Assembly: GCA_046076045.1 (NCBI GenBank)
Contig: JBJTRI010000033.1
Location: 745 to 64,744, forward strand
Direction of reading: 5' to 3'
DNA length: 64,000 nucleotides
Origin: a bacterium
GTDB taxonomy: Bacteria; Eisenbacteria; RBG-16-71-46
In this document: in pieces, positions 1 through 9,357 of the stretch
Layout: the number at the start of each line of letters is the position of its first letter
Position numbering within the stretch: position 1 is the first letter of the stretch
Program-made: the position numbers and the translations under genes
Notes under the pieces: generated by a model
The model's input: the letters and a program-made list of their open reading frames with translations, nothing else
Database searches by the model: none
What the model was told of the DNA's origin: nothing

Positions 1-808
<808 letters not shown>

Positions 809-848
809 CCCGGCGCGATCCCCACATCCCCAACCGAAAGGAAGCGGC

Positions 849-1202
849 ATGTTCGTGACCGATGCATTCGCGCAGGCGGCCGGAGCGGCGCCGGTGGACA
901 ACTCGCCCATGGCCCAGTTCTTCGCCGGGGGCCTCAGCTTCCCGGTCATGATGGCGCTCATGTTCGGCATCCTGTACTTCATGGTCATCCGTCCGCAGAA
1001 CGCCGAGCGCAAGAAGCTCCAGCAGCGCATCGACGCGCTCAAGAAGGGCGACTCGGTGCTCACCACGAGCGGCATCTTCGCCACCGTCGTGAGCGTGTCG
1101 GGCGACAGCCTCGTGCTGCGCATCTCCGAGGAGACCAAGGTGACGTTCGCCAAGAGCGCCGTGGCCCAGGTCCTCGAAGACAAGACGCCCAAGGCCAGCT
1201 GA
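849..1202 (+). CDS. yajC: Preprotein translocase subunit YajC
   Basis: ATG at 849. Single TM segment (FFAGGLSFPVMMALMFGILYFMVIRPQ) followed by the conserved KKLQQRIDALKKGDSVLTTSGIFATV motif typical of YajC. Confidence 0.85.
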   Translation: MFVTDAFAQAAGAAPVDNSPMAQFFAGGLSFPVMMALMFGILYFMVIRPQNAERKKLQQRIDALKKGDSVLTTSGIFATVVSVSGDSLVLRISEETKVTFAKSAVAQVLEDKTPKAS

Positions 1203-1762
1203 TGTCCGTCCGTGCCGTGCGCATCTGGGGGGACCCGGTCCTCCGCCAGCGGGCCAAGCCCGTCACCGCGTTCGACGACCCGCTCCGCGAGCTGGTCGCC
1301 GACCTGTTCGACACCATGAAGGTGTACGACGGCTGCGGTCTCGCCGCGCCGCAGGTCGGCGTGTCGCAGCGGCTGTTCGTGGTCGGTTTCGACGACGACG
1401 AGGGCCAGCCGCTGCGGTTGGTGGTGGTGAACCCGGAGCTCTCCGATCGCAAGGGCAAGGACTCCATGGAGGAGGGCTGCCTGTCAATCCCGCACCTGCG
1501 CGGATCGGTGGAGCGGCCCACGCGCGTGGTGCTGCGCGCGCAGGACGAGCACGGTCAGCCCTACGAGGTCGTGGCCGAGGGTTTCCTCGCACGCGTGCTG
1601 CAGCACGAGTACGACCACCTCGAGGGCGTGATGTTCCCCGATCGCATGTCCCCGCTGCGGCGCCAGTTCCTGCGCCGCGACCTCGACGCGCTCGCGCGTG
1701 GCGAGGTCCCCGAGGGCTATCACCCCGGCGAGCCGGATCCTTCGGGCGGGAGGAGCATCTGA
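1202..1762 (+). CDS. def: Peptide deformylase
   Basis: Start ATG overlaps the yajC stop (ATGA). Carries the three Def motifs: GCGLAAPQVG (GxGxAAxQ), EGCLSIP (EGCLS) and QHEYDHLEG (HExxH). Confidence 0.9.
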   Translation: MSVRAVRIWGDPVLRQRAKPVTAFDDPLRELVADLFDTMKVYDGCGLAAPQVGVSQRLFVVGFDDDEGQPLRLVVVNPELSDRKGKDSMEEGCLSIPHLRGSVERPTRVVLRAQDEHGQPYEVVAEGFLARVLQHEYDHLEGVMFPDRMSPLRRQFLRRDLDALARGEVPEGYHPGEPDPSGGRSI

Positions 1763-1773
1763 GCCGTCCCCGG

Positions 1774-2712
1774 GTGGTGTTCATGGGCACGCCGGCGTTC
1801 TCGGTGCCCGCGTTGCGCGCGGTCGCGGCCGCGTGCGACGTCGTCATGGTGGTGACGCAGCCCGACCGTCCGAGCGGACGCGGGCAGCGCACGCACGAGT
1901 CCGAGGTCGCGCGCGTCGCGCACGAGCTCGGGCTGCCCGTGATGCGCCCCGCCGACATGCGCGCGCCCGAGGTGCGCGACGCGCTCGCCGCGCTCGCGGC
2001 CGACGCGTTCGCGGTGGTGGCGTTCGGCGCCATCCTCACGCCCGAGGTGCTGGCGCTGCCGCGGTTCGGTTGCGTCAACCTGCACGGCTCGCTGCTGCCC
2101 GACTACCGCGGCGCCTCGCCTGTGCAACGGGCGCTGTGGGACGGCCACACCACGACCGGCGTGTGCACCATCCTCATGGACGAGGGGATCGACACCGGCG
2201 ACGTGCTCGCCTCGCGCACGGAGGCGATTCGCGACGACGACGATGCGGCTTCGCTGGCCGCGCGGTTGGCCGAGTCGGGCGGGCCGCTGCTCGCCGAGAG
2301 CGTGCTGGCGCTCGTTGCGGGGCGTGCCACGCGCACGCCGCAGGACCGCGCCGCGGGCAGCTACGCGCGCAAGTTGCGCAAGACGGATGGGATCGTGGAC
2401 TGGGCGTTGCCGGCCCGCACGGTGTGGGCGCGCGCGCGTGCCGTCACGCCGTGGCCGGGCGCGACCACCACGTTCCGCGGGCGGCGCGTGCTCCTCGTGC
2501 GCGCACTGCCGGAGGACGGTCCGGGCGGAGTGCCCGGGACACTGCTCGGCGTGGATGCCGGTGGGGTAGGGGTCGCGTGCGGCACGGGTGTGCTGCGCGT
2601 GACGAGGTTGAAGCCGGAGGGGCGCGCGGAACTCGACGCCGCCGAGTGGGCGCGAGGAGCGCGTATCCAGCCGGGTGAACGATTCGAGACCATCCAGGAG
2701 CCGACGACGTGA
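1774..2712 (+). CDS. fmt: Methionyl-tRNA formyltransferase
   Basis: MVFMGTPAFSVPAL N-terminus and NLHGSLLPDYRGASP (formyltransferase SLLP motif). Sits immediately downstream of def. Confidence 0.9.
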   Translation: MVFMGTPAFSVPALRAVAAACDVVMVVTQPDRPSGRGQRTHESEVARVAHELGLPVMRPADMRAPEVRDALAALAADAFAVVAFGAILTPEVLALPRFGCVNLHGSLLPDYRGASPVQRALWDGHTTTGVCTILMDEGIDTGDVLASRTEAIRDDDDAASLAARLAESGGPLLAESVLALVAGRATRTPQDRAAGSYARKLRKTDGIVDWALPARTVWARARAVTPWPGATTTFRGRRVLLVRALPEDGPGGVPGTLLGVDAGGVGVACGTGVLRVTRLKPEGRAELDAAEWARGARIQPGERFETIQEPTT

Positions 2713-4694
2713 CCAGTGATCGACGCAGCACCCCAAGACCGGGCCCCCGGCCCTCCCCGCGCCCCGGCGCACGCCCTCGCAGCGAGGGTGGCTTCGCGCC
2801 GCGTGGTCCGCGTACGGGTCCGCCGCGCGACGGTGGCTACGCGCCGCGTGGTCCGCGCACGGGGCCGCCGCGCGACGGTGGTTACGCGCCGCGTGGTCCG
2901 CGTACGGGCCCGCCGCGCGAGGGTGGCTACGCGCCGCGTGGTCCGCGTACGGGTCCGCCGCGCGACGGTGGTTACGCGCCGCGTGGCCCGCGTACGGGTC
3001 CGCCGCGCGAGGGTGGTTACGCGCCGCGTGGTCCGCGCACGGGTTCACCGCGCGAGGGTGGCTACGCGCCGCGTGGTCCGCGCACGGGCCCGCCGCGCGA
3101 GGGTGGCTTCCGGCCGCGCCCCGACGGGGGTGCGCGCAGCTTCGATCGGCCGCGTCCGTTCACGCGCGATGACGGTCAGGCCGGTGCCGAGAACCGTTCG
3201 AACCCGGCGTACCCGCGACCGGGCCGTACGCGCTATCGGCGTGACGGCACCGCTTCGCCGGCGGCTTCGGGTTGGGCTCGTCCGCAGGACGGGACGCGCG
3301 AGCGCCCGCACCGCGAGTCGCGTCCCGACCAGCGGTCGTGGCCGCCGGTGAGCACCGACGGTCCGTCGCTGCCGGCCGATCCGCGCGAGGCCGCGCTTCG
3401 CATCCTGCACGCCGTGGACACGCGCAGCGCGTTCAGCGACCGCCTTCTAGACGGCGCGCATGCGCGTCCGGGCGCCGACCCGCGCGACAAGGCGCTCCTC
3501 CACGAGCTCGTGAAGGGTTCGCTGCGCTGGCGTGGTCGTCTCGACGCCGCGCTCGATGCCCGCGTGCACGTCGGGCTCGCCAACACGCAGCCGTGGATCC
3601 GCAACATCCTGCGCCTCGGCGCCTACCAGATCCTGTTCCTCGACCGCGTGCCGGCGCACGCGGCCGTGGACGAGTCGGTGAAGCTGGCCCACAAGTACGC
3701 GCACCCCGGTGCGGCCGGACTCGTGAACAGCGTGCTGCGCCGTCTCGCCGAGGAGCGCGACACCATCCGCTGGCCCGAGGCCGACGACGCCGACGCGCTC
3801 GCGGTGTGGGGTTCGCACCCGCGTTGGATCGTCGAGCGCTGGCTCGAGCGCTTCGGGCCCGCCGAGACGCGCGCGCTGCTCGAGGCCGACAACCGCGCCG
3901 TCCCGACCGGGCTGCGCAACAACTCGCTGCGCCAGACGCGGGAGCAGCTCGTCGAGCTGCTCGCGCGCGAGGGTGTCGAGGCCCGCATCGGCACGCTCTC
4001 GCCCGACCTCGTGTGGGTCGAGGGTCATCACTCGCCGGGAGCGCTGCACTGCTTCCAGGCCGGCCTGTGCACCGCGCAGGACGAGAGCGAGGCGCTCGTC
4101 GCCCGCGTCGTCGCCCCGCGCAAGCACGATCGCGTGCTCGACCTGTGCGCGGCCCCCGGCGGCAAGAGCTCGCACCTCGCCGAGCTCATGGGCGACGAGG
4201 GCGAGATCTGGGCGATGGAGCGCGACCCGCACCGGGTCGAGACGCTCGAGGCCACGCTGTCCCGACTCGGCGTGCACTCCGTGCACGTCGCGCAGGGCGA
4301 CGGTCGCACCTACGAGTTCCCGATGCCGTTCGATCGCGCGCTCGTGGATGCCCCGTGCAGCGGCATGGGCGTGCTCGCACGCCGGGCCGACGCGCGCTGG
4401 CGCAAGGGCCCCGAGGTGCTGGCCGAGATGCCGCCCGTGCAGCTCGAGTTGCTGGCGGCCGCGGCGCGACACCTCGCCCCGGGTGGCACGCTGGTCTACA
4501 GCGTGTGCTCGTTCGAGCCCGAGGAGACCGACCACGTCATCGCGCGCTTCCTCGCGACGCACCCCGGCTGGACGCTCGAGAGCGTCGCGGACTCGGTGCC
4601 CGCGAGCGTCGTGACGCCCGAGGGCACCATGCGCGTGCTGCCGCACCTGCACGGTTGCGACGGTGCGTTCGCGGCGAGGTTGCGCAAGCCGTGA
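2709..4694 (+). CDS. rsmB: 16S rRNA (cytosine-C5)-methyltransferase RsmB/Sun: NusB-like and SAM-MTase domains preceded by a ~140-aa Gly/Pro/Arg-rich tandem-repeat N-terminal extension
   Basis: GTG start overlaps the fmt stop (GTGA). Has a NusB-like region (ALRILHAVDTRSAFSD), SAM motifs (LDLCAAPGGKSSHLAE, DAPCSGMGV) and the catalytic PCS/TLVYSVCS motif. def-fmt-rsmB order is conserved. Confidence 0.85.
   Translation: MTSDRRSTPRPGPRPSPRPGARPRSEGGFAPRGPRTGPPRDGGYAPRGPRTGPPRDGGYAPRGPRTGPPREGGYAPRGPRTGPPRDGGYAPRGPRTGPPREGGYAPRGPRTGSPREGGYAPRGPRTGPPREGGFRPRPDGGARSFDRPRPFTRDDGQAGAENRSNPAYPRPGRTRYRRDGTASPAASGWARPQDGTRERPHRESRPDQRSWPPVSTDGPSLPADPREAALRILHAVDTRSAFSDRLLDGAHARPGADPRDKALLHELVKGSLRWRGRLDAALDARVHVGLANTQPWIRNILRLGAYQILFLDRVPAHAAVDESVKLAHKYAHPGAAGLVNSVLRRLAEERDTIRWPEADDADALAVWGSHPRWIVERWLERFGPAETRALLEADNRAVPTGLRNNSLRQTREQLVELLAREGVEARIGTLSPDLVWVEGHHSPGALHCFQAGLCTAQDESEALVARVVAPRKHDRVLDLCAAPGGKSSHLAELMGDEGEIWAMERDPHRVETLEATLSRLGVHSVHVAQGDGRTYEFPMPFDRALVDAPCSGMGVLARRADARWRKGPEVLAEMPPVQLELLAAAARHLAPGGTLVYSVCSFEPEETDHVIARFLATHPGWTLESVADSVPASVVTPEGTMRVLPHLHGCDGAFAARLRKP
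2784..3120 (+). repeat. 42-bp tandem repeat, ~8 copies, encoding GG[YF]APRGPRTG[PS]PR[DE] units inside the rsmB 5' region
   Basis: Near-identical 42-nt units (cggtggctacgcgccgcgtggtccgcg[ct]acgggcccgccgcgcga) are visible directly in the sequence. Confidence 0.9.
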
Positions 4695-5551
4695 GCGACG
4701 AGCGGCCCGATCCGCAGGACGCCCCCGACGCTCGCGTCGCGGGGCCCGGCGGGGAGGGCGGGCCTGCGGACGGGGCCCCTGCGCCCGCGACCCCGGAGCC
4801 GCCCGCGCGGCCCGGGGTCGTGGCGCGCGCGCGGCGGGTGGCGCGCGACCTGTTCGTGACGGTCGGCCTGGTGGGAGCGGCGTTCGTGGTCGGGTTGCTG
4901 CTGTTCAACTTCGCCATCATGCCGCGGTTCGTGCACCACACCGCGGTCGTGCGCGTGCCCGACCTCGTGAACCTCACCTACGAGCAGGCCGAGCAGGTCG
5001 CGGTGCGCGGCGAGGTCACGCTGTCGCGCGCGGGCGAACGCTTCGATCCCGGCGTCGAGCGCGGCCGCATCGTGCAGCAGGACCCGCTGCCGGGCACCCC
5101 GGTGCGCGGTCGGGCGCGCATCGCGGTGGTCGTGAGTCTGGGCGAGGAGTTCAGCAGCGTGCCCGCGTTGCACGGCGAGCCGCGCCGCAGCGCCGAACTG
5201 CTGCTCGAGCGCGCCGGTCTGGTGCGCGGCGGCGTGACGCGCGTGCCGAGCGACGACGAGCCCGAGGGTGCGGTCGTCGCGACCGACCCGCCGGCCGAGA
5301 CCGTGCTGCCGCGCGGCGGCCGCGTCGCGTTGCTGGTGTCGTCGGGCCCCGGTGAGCAGGCGTTCGCGATGCCCGACCTCGTCGGGCGCGAGATCACGCG
5401 CGTCACGCGCCAGCTCGAGGGGCAGGGCTTCACCGTCATCGTGGCGTCGTCGGCGGTCGGTCCGATCGTGTCGCAGGAACCCGCCCCCGGGGCGCGCCTC
5501 ACGCGCGCCGAGACCATCACGCTGCGCGCGGGCAGTCGCGTGATACGCTGA
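4691..5551 (+). CDS. Membrane-anchored PASTA-domain protein (3 PASTA repeats, no kinase or transpeptidase domain)
   Basis: GTG overlaps the rsmB stop (GTGA). Has an N-terminal TM segment (LFVTVGLVGAAFVVGLLLFNF) followed by three ~65-aa PASTA-like repeats (VPDLVNLTYEQAEQ.., VPALHGEPRRSAEL.., MPDLVGREITRVTRQL..). Start assigned by frame continuity and codon bias. Confidence 0.7.
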   Translation: MSDERPDPQDAPDARVAGPGGEGGPADGAPAPATPEPPARPGVVARARRVARDLFVTVGLVGAAFVVGLLLFNFAIMPRFVHHTAVVRVPDLVNLTYEQAEQVAVRGEVTLSRAGERFDPGVERGRIVQQDPLPGTPVRGRARIAVVVSLGEEFSSVPALHGEPRRSAELLLERAGLVRGGVTRVPSDDEPEGAVVATDPPAETVLPRGGRVALLVSSGPGEQAFAMPDLVGREITRVTRQLEGQGFTVIVASSAVGPIVSQEPAPGARLTRAETITLRAGSRVIR

Positions 5552-5598
5552 CGCGGCGCCCGTTCCCACCGCCCTCACGACCGGAGACCGGACCCGTC

Positions 5599-6264
5599 AT
5601 GACCGCCCGTCCGCCCATCATCGCGCCGAGCCTGCTCGCCGCCGACTTCTCGAAGCTCGCCGACGAACTCGCGCTCTGCGATCCCACACGGGACTGGGTC
5701 CACTGCGACGTCATGGACCACCACTTCGTGCCCAACCTCACGTTCGGGCCCATCGTGGTGTCGGCCGCGCGCAAGCTCACCACCGCGACGCTCGACGTCC
5801 ACCTCATGATGGACCGGCCGTGGCTCATGGTGGACGAGTTCCGCAAGGCCGGCGCCGACCTCATCACCGTGCACCTCGAGGCCTGCCGCGAGACGCGCGA
5901 GGTGCTGCGCCAGATCCGTGCCACCGGCGCGCGCGCGGGCCTGGCGATCCGCCCCGGCACGCCGTACGCGGCCGCCGCGCCCTACCTGCCCGACCTCGAC
6001 CTGTTCCTCGTCATGACCGTCGAGCCCGGCTTCGGGGGCCAGTCGTTCATGCCCGACATGATGGAGAAGGTCGCGGCCGCCCGCGAGGAGCGCGCCCGTC
6101 GCAACCTCGGGTTCCTCATCGAGGTGGATGGTGGCATCGCCGCGGACACCGCCCGCACCGCCCGCGAGGCGGGGGCCGACGTGTTCGTGGCCGGCAACGG
6201 CGTGTTCCGCGCCCCCGACCCGCGCGCCGCGCTGGCCGGGATCCGGGCCGCGGTCACCGCCTGA
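5599..6264 (+). CDS. rpe: Ribulose-phosphate 3-epimerase
   Basis: IIAPSLLAADFSKLADEL, HCDVMDHHFVPNLTFGP and MTVEPGFGGQSF are all Rpe signatures. Confidence 0.9.
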   Translation: MTARPPIIAPSLLAADFSKLADELALCDPTRDWVHCDVMDHHFVPNLTFGPIVVSAARKLTTATLDVHLMMDRPWLMVDEFRKAGADLITVHLEACRETREVLRQIRATGARAGLAIRPGTPYAAAAPYLPDLDLFLVMTVEPGFGGQSFMPDMMEKVAAAREERARRNLGFLIEVDGGIAADTARTAREAGADVFVAGNGVFRAPDPRAALAGIRAAVTA

Positions 6265-6350
6265 GACGGGCCCGCGGGCGCATTCCGGGCGGCCTCCGGC
6301 GGCCATGATGTGGTAGTTTCCCCGGTTCCGACATCACCCTAGGGGTTCCC

Positions 6351-7679
6351 GTGTTCGAATCGCTCTCCGACCGGCTGCAAGGCATCCTCCGCAACCTCAG
6401 CGGACAGGGTCGCCTGACGCCGGACAACATCCGCGAGTCGCTGCGAGACGTGCGCCGTGCACTGCTCGAAGCCGACGTGCCCGTCACCGTGGCCAAGGAG
6501 TTCGTGGCCCGGGTCGAGGAGCGCGCGGTCGGCGAGGAGGTGCTGCGCAGCCTCTCGCCCGGACAGCAGGTGGTCGGGGTCGTGCACGAGGAACTGGTGC
6601 GACTGCTCGGCGAGTCGCGCGTCACGCTCGCGGGCTCGCCGCACGTGCCCACCGTGGTGCTGCTCGCCGGCCTGCAGGGCTCGGGCAAGACCACGTTCGC
6701 GGGCAAGCTCGCGGTCTGGCTCAAGGCGCGCGGCAAGCGCACCCTCCTGGTGTCCGCCGACATCTACCGGCCCGCCGCCATCGACCAGCTCGAGCGCGTC
6801 GCGCGCACCGCCGACGCCGGCTTCTGGCGCGCGCCCGACGGCACCTCGCCGCACGACATCGCGGCCGGTGCGCTCGAGCAGGCCCGCACGCGCGGCTTCG
6901 ACTTCCTGCTGCTCGACACCGCCGGCCGCCTGCACGTGGACGACGAGCTCATGGTCGAGCTCGAGGACCTCAAGCGCACCGTGCGCGCGCACCAGGTGCT
7001 GCTCGTGGTGGACGGCATGATCGGGCAGGAGTCGGTGCGCGTCGGGCAGACGTTCGCCGAGCGCATCGGCGTGGACGGTGTCGTGCTGTCCAAGATGGAC
7101 GGCGACGCGCGCGGTGGCGCCGCGCTGTCGCTGCGCCAGGTCACGGGCAAGCCGATCCTGTTCCTCGGCACGGGCGAGAAGCTCGACGGGCTCGAGGTGT
7201 TCGACGCCGGGCGGCTCGCGGGCCGCATCCTCGGCATGGGCGACGTCGTCGGGCTCGTGGAGCGCGCCCAGCAGGCGGTCACCACCGGCGAGGCCGAGCG
7301 GCTGGCCGCCCGCATGCGCAAGTCGGAGTTCACGCTCGAGGACTTCCTCGAGCAGCTCCGGAGCGTCCGCCGCATGGGTCCGCTCGAGGACCTCGTCAAG
7401 ATGATCCCCGGGGCCCCCAAGCAGGCCCTGGAGCGGATGGGCCCGGCCAAGGACCAGCTCAAGCGGTACGAGGCCATCCTCCTCAGCATGACGCTCAAGG
7501 AGCGCCGCCTCCCCCGGGTGCTCGACGGCAGCCGCCGTCGGCGCATCGCGGCGGGCAGCGGCACGTCGGTCCAGGAGGTCAACCGGCTGCTCAAGGACTT
7601 CGAGCAGGCCCGGACCATGATGAAGGCGCTCAAACAGGGCCCCCGGGGGCTTGCAGCCCTCCGCGGCCGGATGCGCTAG
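6351..7679 (+). CDS. ffh: Signal recognition particle protein Ffh
   Basis: GTG start. MFESLSDRLQGILRNL N-terminus, GTPase P-loop LLAGLQGSGKTTFAGKLA, DTAGR motif and a Met-rich M domain. Confidence 0.9.
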   Translation: MFESLSDRLQGILRNLSGQGRLTPDNIRESLRDVRRALLEADVPVTVAKEFVARVEERAVGEEVLRSLSPGQQVVGVVHEELVRLLGESRVTLAGSPHVPTVVLLAGLQGSGKTTFAGKLAVWLKARGKRTLLVSADIYRPAAIDQLERVARTADAGFWRAPDGTSPHDIAAGALEQARTRGFDFLLLDTAGRLHVDDELMVELEDLKRTVRAHQVLLVVDGMIGQESVRVGQTFAERIGVDGVVLSKMDGDARGGAALSLRQVTGKPILFLGTGEKLDGLEVFDAGRLAGRILGMGDVVGLVERAQQAVTTGEAERLAARMRKSEFTLEDFLEQLRSVRRMGPLEDLVKMIPGAPKQALERMGPAKDQLKRYEAILLSMTLKERRLPRVLDGSRRRRIAAGSGTSVQEVNRLLKDFEQARTMMKALKQGPRGLAALRGRMR

Positions 7680-7739
7680 ACTACGCCGAACCCCCGGGCC
7701 GCCCTGCGGCCCCTCGAACCCACAAGGAGAATCCTCAGC

Positions 7740-8150
7740 ATGGCGGTCGTCATTCGCATGATGCGGGCCGGAGCCAAGAAGCGGCCCTTCTATCGGATCG
7801 TGGTGGCGGACTCGCGTCGTCAGCGCGACGGTCGTTTCGTCGAGATCCTGGGTTACTACGACCCGATGGCGAAGCCGTTCGCCGTGAAGATGGACGAGGA
7901 GAAGGTCAAGGCCTGGATCGCGCAGGGCGCGCAGCCCTCGACGCAGGCGGCCTCGCTGTTCCGTCGCGCCGGCATCATCGCCGCGCGTCCGAGCAAGCCG
8001 ACCTCGACCAAGAAGAAGGCCGCGGCCTCGGGTGCGAAGAAGAAGGCCGTCGCGCGCAAGCGTCCCCGCAAGGTGACGGAGCGCAAGGAGAAGGCCAAGG
8101 CGACGCGCGCGAAGCGCAAGGCCACGGCCAAGGCCAAGGCGAAGGCCTGA
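7740..8150 (+). CDS. rpsP: 30S ribosomal protein S16 with a Lys/Ala-rich C-terminal extension
   Basis: [42 protein letters not shown] is the canonical S16 core. SD AAGGAGA lies upstream. The C-terminal ~50 aa are [28 protein letters not shown]. Confidence 0.85.
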   Translation: MAVVIRMMRAGAKKRPFYRIVVADSRRQRDGRFVEILGYYDPMAKPFAVKMDEEKVKAWIAQGAQPSTQAASLFRRAGIIAARPSKPTSTKKKAAASGAKKKAVARKRPRKVTERKEKAKATRAKRKATAKAKAKA

Positions 8151-8243
8151 GTCCGTTCCGGCCCGCCCGCGGCGGGGCCCGGTGCATCGAGTGATGCCCG
8201 AGCCTCCCGCGCGGTGGGCCGGTCCCTATCCGGGAGGCGAGTC

Positions 8244-8894
8244 ATGGCGGATCTGCGTGAGGTGCTCGAGCGCAACCGGGAGTGGGCCGAACGCATGTCG
8301 GCGCAGGACCCCGGGTTCTTCGAGCGGCTGGCCTCCATCCAGAGCCCTCGCATCCTGTGGATCGGCTGCTCCGACAGCCGCGTGCCCGCCAACCAGATCA
8401 CCGGGCACCAGCCGGGCGAGATCTTCGTGCACCGCAACGTCGCGAACGTCGTGGTGCACGCCGACCTCAACTGCCTGTCGGTGATCCAGTTCGCCGTCGA
8501 CGTGCTGCAGGTGCGGCACATCATCGTGTGCGGGCACTACGGGTGTTCCGGCGTGAAGGCCGCGCTCGAGTCGCGCTCGCTCGGACTCATCGACAACTGG
8601 TTGCGGCACGTCGAGGACGTGCGGGACGCCCATCCGGCCGCACTCGAGGCCGTGGAGGGCGCCGAGGCGCGTTGGGACCGCCTGTGCGAGCTCAACGTGG
8701 TCGAGCAGGTGCTGCACGTCTCGCAGACCACCGTCATGCGCGACGCGTGGGAGCGCGGGCAGGACGTCACGGTGCACGGCTGGATCTACTCGCTCACCGA
8801 CGGCCGGTTGCGCGACCTCGCCGTGAGCGCCGACTCCGCGGCCGAGGCCACGCGACGCCACGCCATCGCGGTGCACCCCGAGGCGGCGGTATGA
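8244..8894 (+). CDS. can: Beta-class carbonic anhydrase
   Basis: ATG at 8244 with a GGGAGG SD upstream. CSDSRV zinc-ligand motif and HxxCG (VCGHYGCSG) are beta-CA signatures. Confidence 0.8.
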   Translation: MADLREVLERNREWAERMSAQDPGFFERLASIQSPRILWIGCSDSRVPANQITGHQPGEIFVHRNVANVVVHADLNCLSVIQFAVDVLQVRHIIVCGHYGCSGVKAALESRSLGLIDNWLRHVEDVRDAHPAALEAVEGAEARWDRLCELNVVEQVLHVSQTTVMRDAWERGQDVTVHGWIYSLTDGRLRDLAVSADSAAEATRRHAIAVHPEAAV

Positions 8895-9259
8895 GCCGCC
8901 CGTTCGCCCTGCTCGTGCTGGTCGCGCTCGCCGTGACGGGTTGCGCCGAGGCGCCCCGCACCGCCGATCGCGAGGCGGTCGCGGACTCGCTGCGAGCGCA
9001 GGCGCTCATCGAGGCCGGCAACGCCGCGCTACGCGCCGAGGACGCGGCCACGGCGGCCAAGCGGTTCGCGAGCGCGGCCGTGGTGCGCCCCGACGACCCG
9101 GCGGCGTACTTCGGGCTCGGCATGGCCCTGCAGCGGCTCGGGCGCTCCGACGAGGCGCGCGTCGCCTACGCCAAGGCGCGCGACCTGCAGCGCGGCGCGG
9201 GCACGGCCGGCGCCGATGCGCCGCGCGAGGTGCGCGCCGTCCCCACGGTCCATCCGTAG
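8891..9259 (+). CDS. Small TPR-like lipoprotein
   Basis: ATG overlaps the can stop (ATGA). Signal peptide plus lipobox (LVALAVTGC), then TPR-like Ala-rich helices (AAYFGLGMALQRLGRSDEARVAYAKA). Confidence 0.55.
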   Translation: MSRPFALLVLVALAVTGCAEAPRTADREAVADSLRAQALIEAGNAALRAEDAATAAKRFASAAVVRPDDPAAYFGLGMALQRLGRSDEARVAYAKARDLQRGAGTAGADAPREVRAVPTVHP

Positions 9260-9357
9260 ACCGGCCGCGGCCTTGCGCCGCGTGCGGGATTACGGTTCCA
9301 TGCGGGCGCGTCCGCACGGGTGCGGGCGCCTCCTTCACCCTCTCCGCACGGGCCCCC

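Noticed and set aside
3272-5551. Single 759-aa ORF spanning the rsmB 3' region and the PASTA protein
   Set aside because: The 5' 470 codons are an out-of-frame overlap with rsmB (Arg-rich). Only the portion from GTG 4691 carries the PASTA repeats and codon bias.
6330-6365. GGTTCGAATC-like T-loop motif suggesting a tRNA
   Set aside because: The motif lies at the ffh start codon (gtg ttc gaa tcg = MFES). No acceptor, D or anticodon stems can be formed around it.
8151-8243. Possible terminator or attenuator hairpin after rpsP (ccggcccgcc...ggcggggcccgg)
   Set aside because: Imperfect stem with no U-tract. Cannot be distinguished from generic GC-rich palindromes common in this sequence.
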